From IMG/VR virus record IMGVR_UViG_3300031853_000030: 64,000 bases of DNA. One strand, given 5' to 3'. The position numbers and the translations under genes were made by a program. Shown one piece after another: positions 1 through 10,281 of this stretch; within the stretch, counting starts at the first letter, position 1; the number at the start of each line of letters is the position of its first letter. This DNA comes from a virus. The notes beneath the pieces are model-generated. The model was not told where the DNA came from. It searched no databases and worked only from the letters and a program-made list of their open reading frames with translations.

Positions 1-177
1 TGTTCATACAATGATACCCAAATGAGAGATGATCATTGGATTGAAAAACCGCATAAAGAAGATATGGGTAAATGGGGAGCTTATCCGCAATGGGCATATT
101 TACCAAAAGGAACAATCAAAAAACTTATAGGTAGAGAATTAACTTGGGAAGATGAACCCGTAAAATATGAAGGATAA
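1..177 (+). CDS. 3' end of a small phage protein (partial at window edge)
   Basis: Frame 1 is open from base 1 to TAA at 175-177. It ends LPKGTIKKLIGRELTWEDEPVKYEG, a C-terminal motif I recall from small Bacteroidetes-phage proteins. Confidence 0.6.
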   Translation, partial: CSYNDTQMRDDHWIEKPHKEDMGKWGAYPQWAYLPKGTIKKLIGRELTWEDEPVKYEG

Positions 178-641
178 TGAAAGAATTTATTAGTGACCCG
201 ATGAATATGTTTTGGTATTGGTTTGTGCCAATTTGTGTTATAATGATTGGTTATTTGTGGTATGATATGTTTGGCTCTGATAAACGTAAACCAAAATATC
301 GATTAGATAAAAATGGATATTTACAATTTTATTATCGCAGATATTCATGGTGGATTGATTTTCCAATGTGGAACGATAATGATGATGAACGAAAAATAGA
401 AGTTCATGATAGAGTTAGAGATTTAGATTATACTCTTTCTTATGTTGGTCCAGGAAGAGCAAAAATAAAATATCATTTTGATGAAAATGCACCCATAACA
501 AGAGATTTTATAACAAATTATTTTAGAAAATTATATCCTGAATTTAAAAATTCTGAACAACTTTTTCAACTACATAATGTATATGTAGATAAGGAAAATA
601 ATTTGTTAAGTACTATTGTGAAAGATAGAATTTTCAAATAA
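177..641 (+). CDS. hypothetical membrane-anchored protein
   Basis: 154-aa ORF with an N-terminal hydrophobic segment (FWYWFVPICVIMIGYLW); start overlaps the upstream stop. Confidence 0.7.
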   Translation: MKEFISDPMNMFWYWFVPICVIMIGYLWYDMFGSDKRKPKYRLDKNGYLQFYYRRYSWWIDFPMWNDNDDERKIEVHDRVRDLDYTLSYVGPGRAKIKYHFDENAPITRDFITNYFRKLYPEFKNSEQLFQLHNVYVDKENNLLSTIVKDRIFK

Positions 642-677
642 CATTTACTATATTATATTTGAAAAATTAAATACCCT

Positions 678-2252
678 ATGGAACAAGACATTCAAAAACA
701 AATTCAAGGACTTAAGGAAACATTTGGTGATGCACTTATTATTGAACCTACTATGGATGAACTTCAAAAGTGGTTCAAAAAAGATTATGTTTCACCATTT
801 AAGAAGGGCATAAAATGTTATCTTGATTTGAGATTCTTTTTCAAATTTGATAAGACTCGTCAATGGAAAAAATTGTTTGATAATAATCCTTGGCAGCCTA
901 TAACTATTACCTATAAGCGTCAAGACGTAATTTTCTTTAAATGGGATAATTATCCTAAATATCCTGAAGAGTATTTTATGGAAGAGACAACGAACTCTGT
1001 TTGGTGTAAGAGTATATATCCTGCGATAATAAAATATTCCGATATATTTAAGAAGAAAATACAGCGACTAAAGAATAATCAAAGAGAATTGGCAGTTCAA
1101 ATCGGTATTCTCACAATTAAAGATATGAATGGTCAAATTGAAATAATTAAAGACGTATGAAAGTTACAGTAGACAACATAAAGGATATTGATTATATTAA
1201 TGATTATTGCAATATAGAGACAGGTAAGAAATTACTAAAGTCTTTACTTGTTGATATCGAAGAATTAAATCAATTACTTATTGATAAGAATGAATCATAT
1301 CGGCAAGTCTATATTGATTATGAGAATATGCATACAGAATATTCTCCGGAACGTACAGATCCATGTCCTGATTATTATGGATTATTTACTTTACGTTTCA
1401 TAAAAAATCCTTATGAAACAATTGGAGAACCAATGACACTTAACGAATTGGATAGTGCTATTTGTCTATTGTTCAATTTTACAGAATTTAAGTTGTCATG
1501 AAGAAAGTTCAACAGCATAAGCAAATAACCCTAAATGAAGCGTTAAAAAGAGCAAAAGAGTATGGGTTAACTAAAGAAGTAAAAGACGAACTTAAACATG
1601 GAGCAACACCATGGGAAGCATTATATGAATGGGATTTACTTGAAATAGATGAGTTCTAAATATGGATTATAAAACACAATTATTACATGATGTGTGGGAA
1701 AACTGCACATTTGATGAGATATTGGATGCTGGATTTAATTCAGGTAAATGTGGTGCTATTGATTTGAAAGTGGCAGCTGCTGAATTTGATGATCCAGAGC
1801 ATGAAATAGATGATGATGAATTTATGACAGAAATTCATAATCGTGGTGTTCGAGAAATAATTTCAATTCTTTTAAATCTTTATCACACATCTGACATATT
1901 AGATGAATTTGATGAAGATGATAGATTAGATGGAATTGATGAAGATACTCTTTTAGATAAATTGGAAGGCTCATCAGCATTAGAAAAACACGATAAAGAA
2001 GTGGCAGATAACACTTATCATGAGTATGTTGACGAATGGATTGATGAATTAGACATTTCTGATAAGAAATTTATTGAAATGCTTCAAGATGCTAATTCTG
2101 ATGATTTAAGATGTTTTTTCTGTGATTTGTTTGGGATTGGGTATTATAATGAGGATGGATTATTTGATGGATTTCGAAAGTTATTCGAAAAATTAGAAAA
2201 AACAATATATAAAGATAAGAGGGAATTGAAATGGCTTTTGACAAAAGAATAA
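678..2252 (+). other. run of hypothetical phage CDSs (678-1160, 1157-1501, 1498-1659 [53 aa, not in track], 1662-2252 [very acidic])
   Basis: Tightly packed or overlapping ATG...stop ORFs behind a CTATATTATA motif at about 648. Confidence 0.7.
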
Positions 2253-2254
2253 TA

Positions 2255-2563
2255 ATGGGATTAATTCTATTTCTATTTATAGCATGTTCAAATCAAGAAC
2301 CACGTCTAATAGGATTAGAAAATAAATATAGAACTGAGGTAAAAGTTCACTATTCAACTTATGAAAGAACAATTTACACATTCTATACAGATAATGAAAC
2401 AGATGTCTGTTCATTCAATGGTACAAATTATTTAGTTGAAAAGGGAAATAAAGAAGAATTATTTTCGTCAACTGCTCCAATAGAAATTATTAAACAATCA
2501 AAATTTGACAATAATGGAAAAGAAACAGAATGCGAAGCCAACTACTATCGAGGCTCAAATTGA
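2255..2563 (+). CDS. putative lipoprotein
   Basis: From the ATG at 2255: MGLILFLFIAC-SNQE, a short hydrophobic stretch ending in a lipobox-like Cys. Confidence 0.5.
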   Translation: MGLILFLFIACSNQEPRLIGLENKYRTEVKVHYSTYERTIYTFYTDNETDVCSFNGTNYLVEKGNKEELFSSTAPIEIIKQSKFDNNGKETECEANYYRGSN

Positions 2564-3643
2564 AGTACTTTGGAAAGAAAATCCACGTATTCCTTTTATG
2601 CAATCCAAAGAAATTTTAACTTTTGGATATAAGCAAGGAGTTGTATCAGTAACAGGTAAATTAACAAGTGCACTTGAAAAGGCTAATGAAGCATTGAAGC
2701 AACCAGCTAAACCTCAAGATGAGGGTTCATTTACTGGAACAACTAAAGAATTTTTTGAACATGCAGAAAAGGAAGTTCAAAAGCGTAAGCAATTTGGCAC
2801 AAAGGATGAACCAAAAACTGTTTACATTAGAGCAACTGAATTAGACATTGAAGAAGCACGTTTTAGATTACTTGATGAGTTATATGATTTTATTACAGAG
2901 AAACGTGATTTGATGGACACATATACAAAAATCAAGAATATGCGTAGTGCTTCTCAAAAACAAGTAAAAGCACTTAAAAACAAATATAAAAACAATGACT
3001 GATTACTATGAATGTGGTGATGGTTGGATTCCATTAATTGAGGAAGCAAAAACTATTATTGCAAAATATAACAAAAAGCTTAAGAATGAGCATTTGGCTG
3101 GAGAACCACTTGAATTTGTCCAAATAAAAGAGAAATGGGGTGGGTTGTGTCTTTATCTAAATTATTATGTTCCAGAAATAGCTGATCAAATTCATGAGTT
3201 AGAAGGTAAGTCATTGGATATTTGTGAGCAATGTGGAACTAATAAAAATGTAAAACGTGATTGGACTCATGGATGGATTATGACATTATGTGATAAATGT
3301 CGAGAAGAAGAGTTAGAACGTTTTAATAGTCGATTTAAAAATACAAAGTCAATTGATGAAAATAGCAACAATAATTAACCCATCATTATCAAAACAAGCG
3401 AATATTATCTTAGAAAATACAAGCTTTTCAAAAGATATAAAGACAGTTTGTGATAAATCATTTAAACCTACAAATGTGTTTTTTGATTTTGTTGAAGATT
3501 TGATAGGTAAAAACAAGCTTGGAGATATTGTTGATTGTTATGTTGCTGTCATTGATACTGATAAAGTTAATGACTATATTGATCCAGTGAATAAATTGTT
3601 AGGCATTCTGCAAATGGCTAATAGAGATAATAACTGTGAATAG
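2505..3643 (+). other. hypothetical CDSs 2505-3002 (coiled coil), 2995-3378 (ECGDGW/QIKEKWGGL plus CxxC...CxxC zinc-binding), 3353-3643
   Basis: ORF track; overlapping starts and stops; Cys pairs CEQC and CDKC in the second ORF. Confidence 0.65.
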
Positions 3644-3673
3644 CATATTATTAATAAAATACTATTCTATGTT

Positions 3674-4189
3674 ATGACATTTGCAAATGGGTTTTGCTTA
3701 TATTACAATAAAGAAACAATTTCACCATATTATAAATGCAATATAATTTTTCCATCTATAGAATTACCATTGTTTCATTGTAATTCAGTTTTGCATGCAT
3801 TTGAAATTTGTAAATTACTATATTTTCAAAATTACGATAAATTGTTTTATGCAACATCTATTAAACTCCCTAAAGATTGCATAAAAGTCGGATATGATAT
3901 CCCAAATTACAATAAAAGTAGTTGGAGTAATATAAAATTTGATATTATGTATCAAATTGAATATCAGAAATATTTACAAAATGAAGCTGCACGTATAGAA
4001 TTACTTGAACCAAAATATGACAATATTGAATTTGTTTATGCAAATCCTCTTGATACATATTGGGGAATTGGTTTAGGAGAATATGCAAATGCTGCAATGC
4101 ATAAAGATAAATGGAAAGGATTAAATCGACATAATGAGATATTGCAAAAAGTAAGAACAAACCTTATTAAATATTATGAAACAATGTAA
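3674..4189 (+). CDS. NADAR/YbiA-family protein (divergent)
   Basis: KYLQN...LL, ANPLDTYWGIG and WKGLNRHNEILQKVR match the NADAR C-terminal motifs (ASPxDxxWGIG, WxGxNxLGxxLMxVR). Confidence 0.7.
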   Translation: MTFANGFCLYYNKETISPYYKCNIIFPSIELPLFHCNSVLHAFEICKLLYFQNYDKLFYATSIKLPKDCIKVGYDIPNYNKSSWSNIKFDIMYQIEYQKYLQNEAARIELLEPKYDNIEFVYANPLDTYWGIGLGEYANAAMHKDKWKGLNRHNEILQKVRTNLIKYYETM

Positions 4190-4212
4190 GTAGAAATACT
4201 TACATTTTTTTT
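4183..4212 (+). terminator. intrinsic terminator
   Basis: AATGTAAGTA-gaaa-TACTTACATT followed by a T run. Confidence 0.8.
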
Positions 4213-4242
4213 GACTTTTTTCATAAATTTTTTATATATTAT

Positions 4243-4280
4243 TTGAATAATTTCTTGAAGTTTCTATATTATATATGTAA
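4243..4280 (+). promoter_or_regulatory. phage early promoter (TTGAA-N16-CTATATTATATATGTAA)
   Basis: The same motif recurs at 24384, 26947, 42961, 50767, 61281 and 63023, always upstream of + strand gene blocks. Confidence 0.8.
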
Positions 4281-4318
4281 AACAAATAAAATAACAAACA
4301 AATAAAAAACAAGAAATT

Positions 4319-4537
4319 ATGAAGACAAACACTTTCAATCTGGAGCAGTTCAAAAATGGTGCAAAGGCTCAAACCAAGCTTGGTAATCCCGCTCGTTTCC
4401 TCAGTATTTCGGTCCGCGGAGAACTAATGGTTGCAGTAACACCTCGCTGGTCTGCCGAGGAAGTGGTAAAATATAACCTCGATGGAAAGAAGTACAAAGG
4501 CACCGATACAATGTACGACCTGGAGATGGTAGCCTAA
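4319..4537 (+). CDS. small phage protein (FNLEQFKNG...TKLGNPAR...YDLEM family)
   Basis: 72 aa, first gene after a strong promoter; resembles a small-protein family I recall from Bacteroidetes phages; GC3 noticeably higher than its neighbours. Confidence 0.75.
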   Translation: MKTNTFNLEQFKNGAKAQTKLGNPARFLSISVRGELMVAVTPRWSAEEVVKYNLDGKKYKGTDTMYDLEMVA

Positions 4538-4712
4538 TCATTCATTCAAAAAATCTTCTAACAATGGATAAGTTAAACAAGCCCCCGCCCGGTTAAATAA
4601 AGAATTTGATAGAATTGATATATAATACTTAAAAATTTGAAACTAATGATAAAATCAAGAGATCGGCCCACATATTGAAGATATAAATTTTTAATTACCG
4701 ATTATATAATTC

Positions 4713-4910
4713 AAAATCCCAACCGAAGGAAATAGGATAAAGTTCGTATACCGTTACAAAACCTTCACAAAAAGTCCAGAATATGGTACGAGATCGACCC
4801 CAATAAGATAGATTAAATTTGAGATATTTTATATAAGAGTTTTTAATTACAAAAATCCCAACCCGGAGTTTAATAGGATTAAGTTCGTTTACCGTTACAA
4901 ACACTCCACA
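4713..4910. repeat. two imperfect ~57-nt direct repeats (4713-4769, 4852-4910) with a covarying stem; candidate structured ncRNA/DNA element
   Basis: aaaatcccaacc-GAAGG...ataggat.aagttcgt.taccgttacaaa..CCTTC-aca versus aaaatcccaaccc-GGAGT...ACTCC-aca. Copies are 139 nt apart, each preceded by a gagatcg(g/a)ccc motif and an AT-rich spacer. Confidence 0.75.
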
Positions 4911-5000
4911 GGTTCAATAAATCAGTACCAGACAAATCTATAAAATGATAATCTGCATGGCGATATGGTATTCAACCTGATTGAGAACCCATCAAATACT

Positions 5001-5024
5001 GGAGGAAGTAACATTCCTCCTTTT
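5001..5024 (+). terminator. intrinsic terminator
   Basis: GGAGGAA-gtaaca-TTCCTCC-TTTT. Confidence 0.8.
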
Positions 5025-5064
5025 ATTTTGAAAAATTTTTTATATACTAAACTATATTAAATTA

Positions 5065-5217
5065 GGTACCGAAATTAAAAGTTCGATTCGATAAAGAGGC
5101 ATAACAGTATGGTACTAGACAGGAAGTAGGTTTCTACCAAGTGAATGCAGATATAGTGAGCAATCCATACCCTTTATCTTAAGACTTTGGAAGACGGCGT
5201 TTGGCCGTCTTTTTTTT
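5065..5217 (+). ncRNA. putative stand-alone small RNA (rod-like fold) with its own promoter and terminator
   Basis: TTGAA...CTATATTA promoter at 5028-5059. No ORF. Nested stems ccgaa/tttgg, gataaag/ctttatc (5090-5096/5172-5178), gtatgg/ccatac (5107-5112/5165-5170) and tacta/tagtg. Terminator AAGACGGC-gtttg-GCCGTCTT plus T run at 5191-5217. Confidence 0.6.
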
Positions 5218-5283
5218 GACATATTTGTCATGAATATATGCCTTAAAATTTCTATATTATTTATAACAAAATTCGCAACATTG

Positions 5284-7185
5284 ATGGAATATACAAACGA
5301 TTATTTAGAAAGAATTGTTAAAGAATGGGCATTTGAGAAGATTGATGAAAAGTTTGAATTTAGAGAATATCAATTAGAATGTATTGTTAGAATAATTAAA
5401 AACATCTTAGATCACCAATATCAAAATTATGTTGTTGAGGCTCCTACAGGTTCTGGTAAATCACTTATCAATATGATTGCTGCAGGAGTTTTAGCTGAAT
5501 ATTTTGATATGACATCTTATATACTTTGCTCTGATCTTTTCCTTTGGGAGCAATATGAAAACTTTTTGAAGAAATATAAGAAAACGGGAATAGCTTCAAT
5601 TAAGGGTCAAACAGGAAATTATGTTTGTAAACTTAATGGTGAAGATATGAAAAATGCCGATTGTAAAATGGCAGGTCTTTCATGGGCTGCTATGTTTAAT
5701 CCTGCGACAATTGAGAAATATGGATATGAATGTGCTTATACATGTCCTTATGTCAAGGCTCGTAAAAAAGCAATTAAAGCAAAGGTATGTGTGATGACAT
5801 ATCAGCTATTCTTATTCATAATGAATAATCCTAATTATAATAAAGACTCAAAGGGTTGTCCTATATTTGCACCACACGACGTATTATTCTGTGATGAGTG
5901 CCATAATATTCCTGAAATAGTTCAAATGCAATATTCACCTACTATTGTTGAGGCTCATTGGGAAAAACTTGAACACCTTTACAATGGTACAACTGAACAC
6001 CAACCCGATTTATTTGATGAAATGGATCCAAATTATGGAGAGAATGATATTCATACATTATATCCAAAATTTAGTGAATTAAAGAAAGATATTGATAAAT
6101 GGTGGAAAGTTTGGACATGTCCAGAATCTCGTAAAGATGAAGATATGGAATGTGCAAATAAATATCTTGAAGTCCTTGAAGCATATAAAGACCCATGTGA
6201 AGCAATTAAGGCCAAGATTATAGCTAAAAAGAATAATAAAGAACATATAACCAAAGATGACATTCGTATGTTCAAATTGGTGTCTTGGTGGGAAAATCAT
6301 ATGTGTGAATGGCATGATTTTTGTACTGCTATAGGATGTACAGGAACTCAATACTTACTTAAAGATATAACAATTGCTAATAACGACAAACATATTTCCG
6401 TAGCATTTAAGTGTACCAAAGAAGATTTTATTACTTGGTATTTCTTTCTTCAAAGAGCTCAATATAAAGTTATGGTTTCAGCTACAGTAGGAACAAAAGA
6501 AGCATATGACGAAAGAATGGGATTTTGCTACGAAAAGAAAGATGCTTGGAGTCATGAAAATTCCATTGTAAATGAGTCATTCATGGAGATTATTCCATCA
6601 ACATTTGATTTTACTGAATCACCTGTATTTTTCTTCAATAAGTTCAAAATGAGTTATAGAGAAAGAGAATTATCATTTAGACATCTTAAGACTGTTATAT
6701 ACTCAATTCTTAAAACAAAGTTTAATGCACAAAAAGGTATGATTCAAACAGGTTCTTATGAATTTGCAAAGCGTCTATTTGATGATGCACCTTATGAGAT
6801 AAAACAACGAATGCTTGTATATAATGGTTCAAGAGAAAAGGTTTCTATGGTCAAGTTGCATCAAATGTCAGAAGATACTATATTAGTAGGACCAACATTA
6901 AATACGGGTGTTGACTTACCAGGTGATGAATGTAGATTTATTATCATATTAAAAGTCCCATATCCATCACTTGCTGATAAATTAGTTAATGAACGAAATA
7001 AATTATTCCCACTTTGGTATAACACACATACATCTAATGAAATAATTCAGGGAATTGGTCGTGGTGTTCGTTATAATGGTGATTGGTGTGTTACATATAT
7101 ACTTGATGCATGTTTCTTTGGATTGTATCAAAGTACTAAACACCAATATTCAGAAGAATTACAAAATAGAATTAAAATAGTCTAA
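5284..7185 (+). CDS. DinG/XPD-family (SF2) ATP-dependent DNA helicase
   Basis: Q motif (FREYQ), Walker A EAPTGSGKS, Fe-S-type Cys cluster, DECHN, SAT, GVDLPGD and QGIGRGVR. The likely start is the ATG at 5284, after the promoter motif at about 5253. Confidence 0.9.
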   Translation: MEYTNDYLERIVKEWAFEKIDEKFEFREYQLECIVRIIKNILDHQYQNYVVEAPTGSGKSLINMIAAGVLAEYFDMTSYILCSDLFLWEQYENFLKKYKKTGIASIKGQTGNYVCKLNGEDMKNADCKMAGLSWAAMFNPATIEKYGYECAYTCPYVKARKKAIKAKVCVMTYQLFLFIMNNPNYNKDSKGCPIFAPHDVLFCDECHNIPEIVQMQYSPTIVEAHWEKLEHLYNGTTEHQPDLFDEMDPNYGENDIHTLYPKFSELKKDIDKWWKVWTCPESRKDEDMECANKYLEVLEAYKDPCEAIKAKIIAKKNNKEHITKDDIRMFKLVSWWENHMCEWHDFCTAIGCTGTQYLLKDITIANNDKHISVAFKCTKEDFITWYFFLQRAQYKVMVSATVGTKEAYDERMGFCYEKKDAWSHENSIVNESFMEIIPSTFDFTESPVFFFNKFKMSYRERELSFRHLKTVIYSILKTKFNAQKGMIQTGSYEFAKRLFDDAPYEIKQRMLVYNGSREKVSMVKLHQMSEDTILVGPTLNTGVDLPGDECRFIIILKVPYPSLADKLVNERNKLFPLWYNTHTSNEIIQGIGRGVRYNGDWCVTYILDACFFGLYQSTKHQYSEELQNRIKIV

Positions 7186-7186
7186 T

Positions 7187-7789
7187 ATGGAAAAGAATTG
7201 GAAAGAAGAAAGACTAAAGAATAAAAAGGAGATATATTTCGTACTTGATACATTTGAGTACCCATTTATATCAATGCCAACAATTGATTGCTATTCATAT
7301 CTTGATACTGAAGAAGCAATCAAATGCGGTTGTAAGCGTATTCGTACTTATGACCTTCTTCATCTATCATTTGATTTGCTTGAACTTGGATATCGTATAT
7401 ATTTAGTAAAAGACGCAAAAGTATTAGAAGTATATCCTGGAATGGATAATTTTTCTAATAAAGATATTCGTTTTGGACATAATCTTAGACGTCTTTTATT
7501 GGGAGGATTTTTTGATACTATGTTGGATTTAGACCGAAATAAATTTTGGTATGATACATCAATGTCAACAACTGATCTCTGTCAGCAAGAACGAAATTTT
7601 CAAAAAGCAACATTTGATTGTGCATTAAAAGTTGCTCAAAAGACAATTGGATTTGATTTAACCCCAATGAAATTTGAAGACATTGGAAAGAATCTACAAA
7701 AATTGATTGAAAAATGCACAAATGGAAAATTTACCACTAATGGTGCAAATGGTATAACTGAACAACTTATCGCTACAAGAAATGATTGA
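7187..7789 (+). CDS. hypothetical protein
   Basis: 200-aa ORF in the operon. Confidence 0.7.
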   Translation: MEKNWKEERLKNKKEIYFVLDTFEYPFISMPTIDCYSYLDTEEAIKCGCKRIRTYDLLHLSFDLLELGYRIYLVKDAKVLEVYPGMDNFSNKDIRFGHNLRRLLLGGFFDTMLDLDRNKFWYDTSMSTTDLCQQERNFQKATFDCALKVAQKTIGFDLTPMKFEDIGKNLQKLIEKCTNGKFTTNGANGITEQLIATRND

Positions 7790-8525
7790 ATATAGCTTAA
7801 ATTCTAACGTACAACATCTTTATAATGAAGATTGCTTAACACAAATGCTGAATTTGTATCAACAATCAATACAAGTTGATCATATCATTTGTGATTTGCC
7901 ATATTTTCAAGTAGTTAAGAATGACTTCGATAATCAATGGAAAAGTATAGCTCAATATACTGAATGGCTTGATAGATGTTTTGGTGTTATGAATTGGCTA
8001 TTGAAAGATGGCGGTAATGTAATTTTGTTTTGTTCACGCCAAAATATATGGAGAGTAGGTATGTTATTGGATTCACATAATTTTATAGAGAATAGAACAA
8101 TTATATGGGCACGTAAAAGAGGATTCAATAACACGAGAGGTAAAGCTCTTGCAAGTGGATATGAGCCAATTTTGTTTTGGTCAAAAGGAAAGTCAAACAC
8201 TTTCAATAATATCAAATTAAAAGTTGAAAGTGATAGACCAGAATATAAGACAGGTTCACTTAAAGATGGAATAACAATGCCTGATGTTTGGACCGATATT
8301 CCGGCTTTACCGCATAATTCAAAAGAAAAGGTGAATCATCCTACACAAAAACCAATTAAACTAATGGAGCGAATTGTTTCATTATTTACTAATGAGGGTG
8401 ATACAATTCTTGATTTTTGTATGGGTTCTGGAACTACTGGAATTGCATGTAAAAATCTACATAGAAATTTTATTGGTATCGAAAAGGATTTAAATTATTT
8501 TAACATTGCAAAAGATAGATTATGA
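7782..8525 (+). CDS. site-specific DNA methyltransferase, N4-C/N6-A (beta class)
   Basis: Catalytic motif DLPY near the N-terminus, HPTQKP, and SAM motif LDFCMGSGTTG near the C-terminus. Confidence 0.9.
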   Translation: MIEYSLNSNVQHLYNEDCLTQMLNLYQQSIQVDHIICDLPYFQVVKNDFDNQWKSIAQYTEWLDRCFGVMNWLLKDGGNVILFCSRQNIWRVGMLLDSHNFIENRTIIWARKRGFNNTRGKALASGYEPILFWSKGKSNTFNNIKLKVESDRPEYKTGSLKDGITMPDVWTDIPALPHNSKEKVNHPTQKPIKLMERIVSLFTNEGDTILDFCMGSGTTGIACKNLHRNFIGIEKDLNYFNIAKDRL

Positions 8526-9560
8526 ATTGGTTTAAGAAATGTGAACATGAATATGAATTTGTCCGAAACATTTATGGAGATGAAATAAATTGGTGCGGCG
8601 GATATCGTTCTATTTGGAAATGCAAAAAGTGTGGAAAAATTGAATACCGTAAAAATTTACAAAAATTTTCCATGCTACAGCGTCTTGACAACTTATATGA
8701 TGAATACTATCATAATAAATATGAAGAATGGCAAACATTAAGAGCAGATACATTAACTAAAATTACAACTGACATGTTAGAAGCTGCCAAGAGAGGTGAA
8801 TGTTGGTATACAATTGTTCTTATATGTGATGAAGATGCTAATGATAAAAACTATTATGAAAAATGGTTTACTGAAAATAATCTTAAAATAGAAGAAATTG
8901 AGTTATTTAATCAAAAAGAAAAATGTGATAAACTCAATCAATATCAATTTCATGTTCGTTGGAAATATAAATATTAAGTTATGAAAATAGACCATAATTT
9001 GCTTTGCCTGATCAACATTATATTTATATTATGTTGGATGGTTGGTTTAATGACATATTATTGTATATTTAAACCTGATGTTTTAGTTACAGATACTTAT
9101 TTTAGAGAATTACTACTTATTGGTACAATTCCTGCAATAATTTCCACAATTTATATGATAATCGATAAAAAAAAGTAATATGAGTAAGTCAAAATTTCAA
9201 ACAGTTTATGGTGTTAGAATTTATCCTGTAGATTATTTAATGTCTGCAGAATTAACTGAATCTGATTTAAGTCATTTGTTTGATACAAATAGTTTGTTAT
9301 ATTCAGTAATTATTGGAATGTATCGCTATATTGGTAGCAAAAAACAAAATTGTGATATCATAAAAGATTGTAAAAAAGATAATAAATGGCTTGCAAAAAC
9401 AAAATGGACAGATGAACAATTTGCAGATTTTGAAAATAAGCTTACGCAAATACTTAAAAATCTTTATTGCATAAGTGATGAAATTGCTTTATCAAAAGCT
9501 CAATGGTTTATGATTCAATATGGATTAAATGTTAAAGGCAATAATATGAGTTTTGAATAA
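8522..9560 (+). other. hypothetical CDSs 8522-8977 (CxH...CxxC zinc ribbon), 8981-9178 (two TM), 9180-9560
   Basis: ORF track; CEHEY...CKKC; hydrophobic 65-aa ORF. Confidence 0.65.
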
Positions 9561-9618
9561 ACATTTTCCACGTTACTATTTTATAATATTCCACAAATAA
9601 ATAGTAACGTGGAAAATT

Positions 9619-10263
9619 ATGCAATATTTCATAGGTATTGACCCATCTATGAATAGTACAGGTATTTGTGTACAAAAATGTGATGGTGAAATAAAACTTA
9701 AAGAAGAATTTATTATATTAAAGCCTGATATCAAAGAAAAACCTGAGGATAAATGGCTTAATAAAAAAGAAAAATTAGCACAAAATTCAAATCTTCCTTT
9801 TGAGTACATGTTTTATGACAAAATGGATTTAACACCATATAAAGAGTTAAATCATTATTCAGAGTATTGGAAGTCATATAATATGATTTCATGTACACGC
9901 AAAATTAAAGAAATAGTTAAGGAATTTACAAAAGACAATCCTGAAACAATACAAATTGTTATTGAAGGTATTTCTTATGGATCAGTACAAAGAACAAAAT
10001 CAATTTTTGATTTAGCTGGTTTGAATTATCTTGTACGTGAAAAGTTTATAGAAAAAGAAGGAATAAATTTAACTATTGCTCCACCATCTGAAATAAAAAA
10101 GTTTGCTTCGGGAAATGGTAATTGCAATAAAGAGGTAATGGTTAATTTGTTTATGCTAAGTCATCAAGGATTTGATATAATTCCAAAAGTTGATGATATA
10201 TCAGATGCTTGGTTTATGAGTAATTACGCAAAGAAATTATATGAAGATGAAAGGAGGGAATAA
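9619..10263 (+). CDS. RuvC-like Holliday junction resolvase
   Basis: IGIDPSMNSTG, VIEG, PSEIKKFASGNGNCNKE and DDISDA give the RuvC acidic tetrad pattern. Confidence 0.85.
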   Translation: MQYFIGIDPSMNSTGICVQKCDGEIKLKEEFIILKPDIKEKPEDKWLNKKEKLAQNSNLPFEYMFYDKMDLTPYKELNHYSEYWKSYNMISCTRKIKEIVKEFTKDNPETIQIVIEGISYGSVQRTKSIFDLAGLNYLVREKFIEKEGINLTIAPPSEIKKFASGNGNCNKEVMVNLFMLSHQGFDIIPKVDDISDAWFMSNYAKKLYEDERRE

Positions 10264-10276
10264 TCCCTCCTTTTTT
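10250..10276. terminator. terminator between convergent blocks
   Basis: AAGGAGGGA-ataa-TCCCTCCTT plus T run. Confidence 0.8.
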
Positions 10277-10281
10277 GTTTG

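Noticed and set aside
4695..4904. 69-aa minus-strand ORF with internal repeat
   Set aside because: A by-product of the nucleotide repeats; GTG start and no late promoter motif.
4713..4910. CRISPR mini-array
   Set aside because: Only two imperfect ~57-nt units with ~80-nt AT-rich spacers. Variation is in the paired stem, and there are no cas genes in the window.
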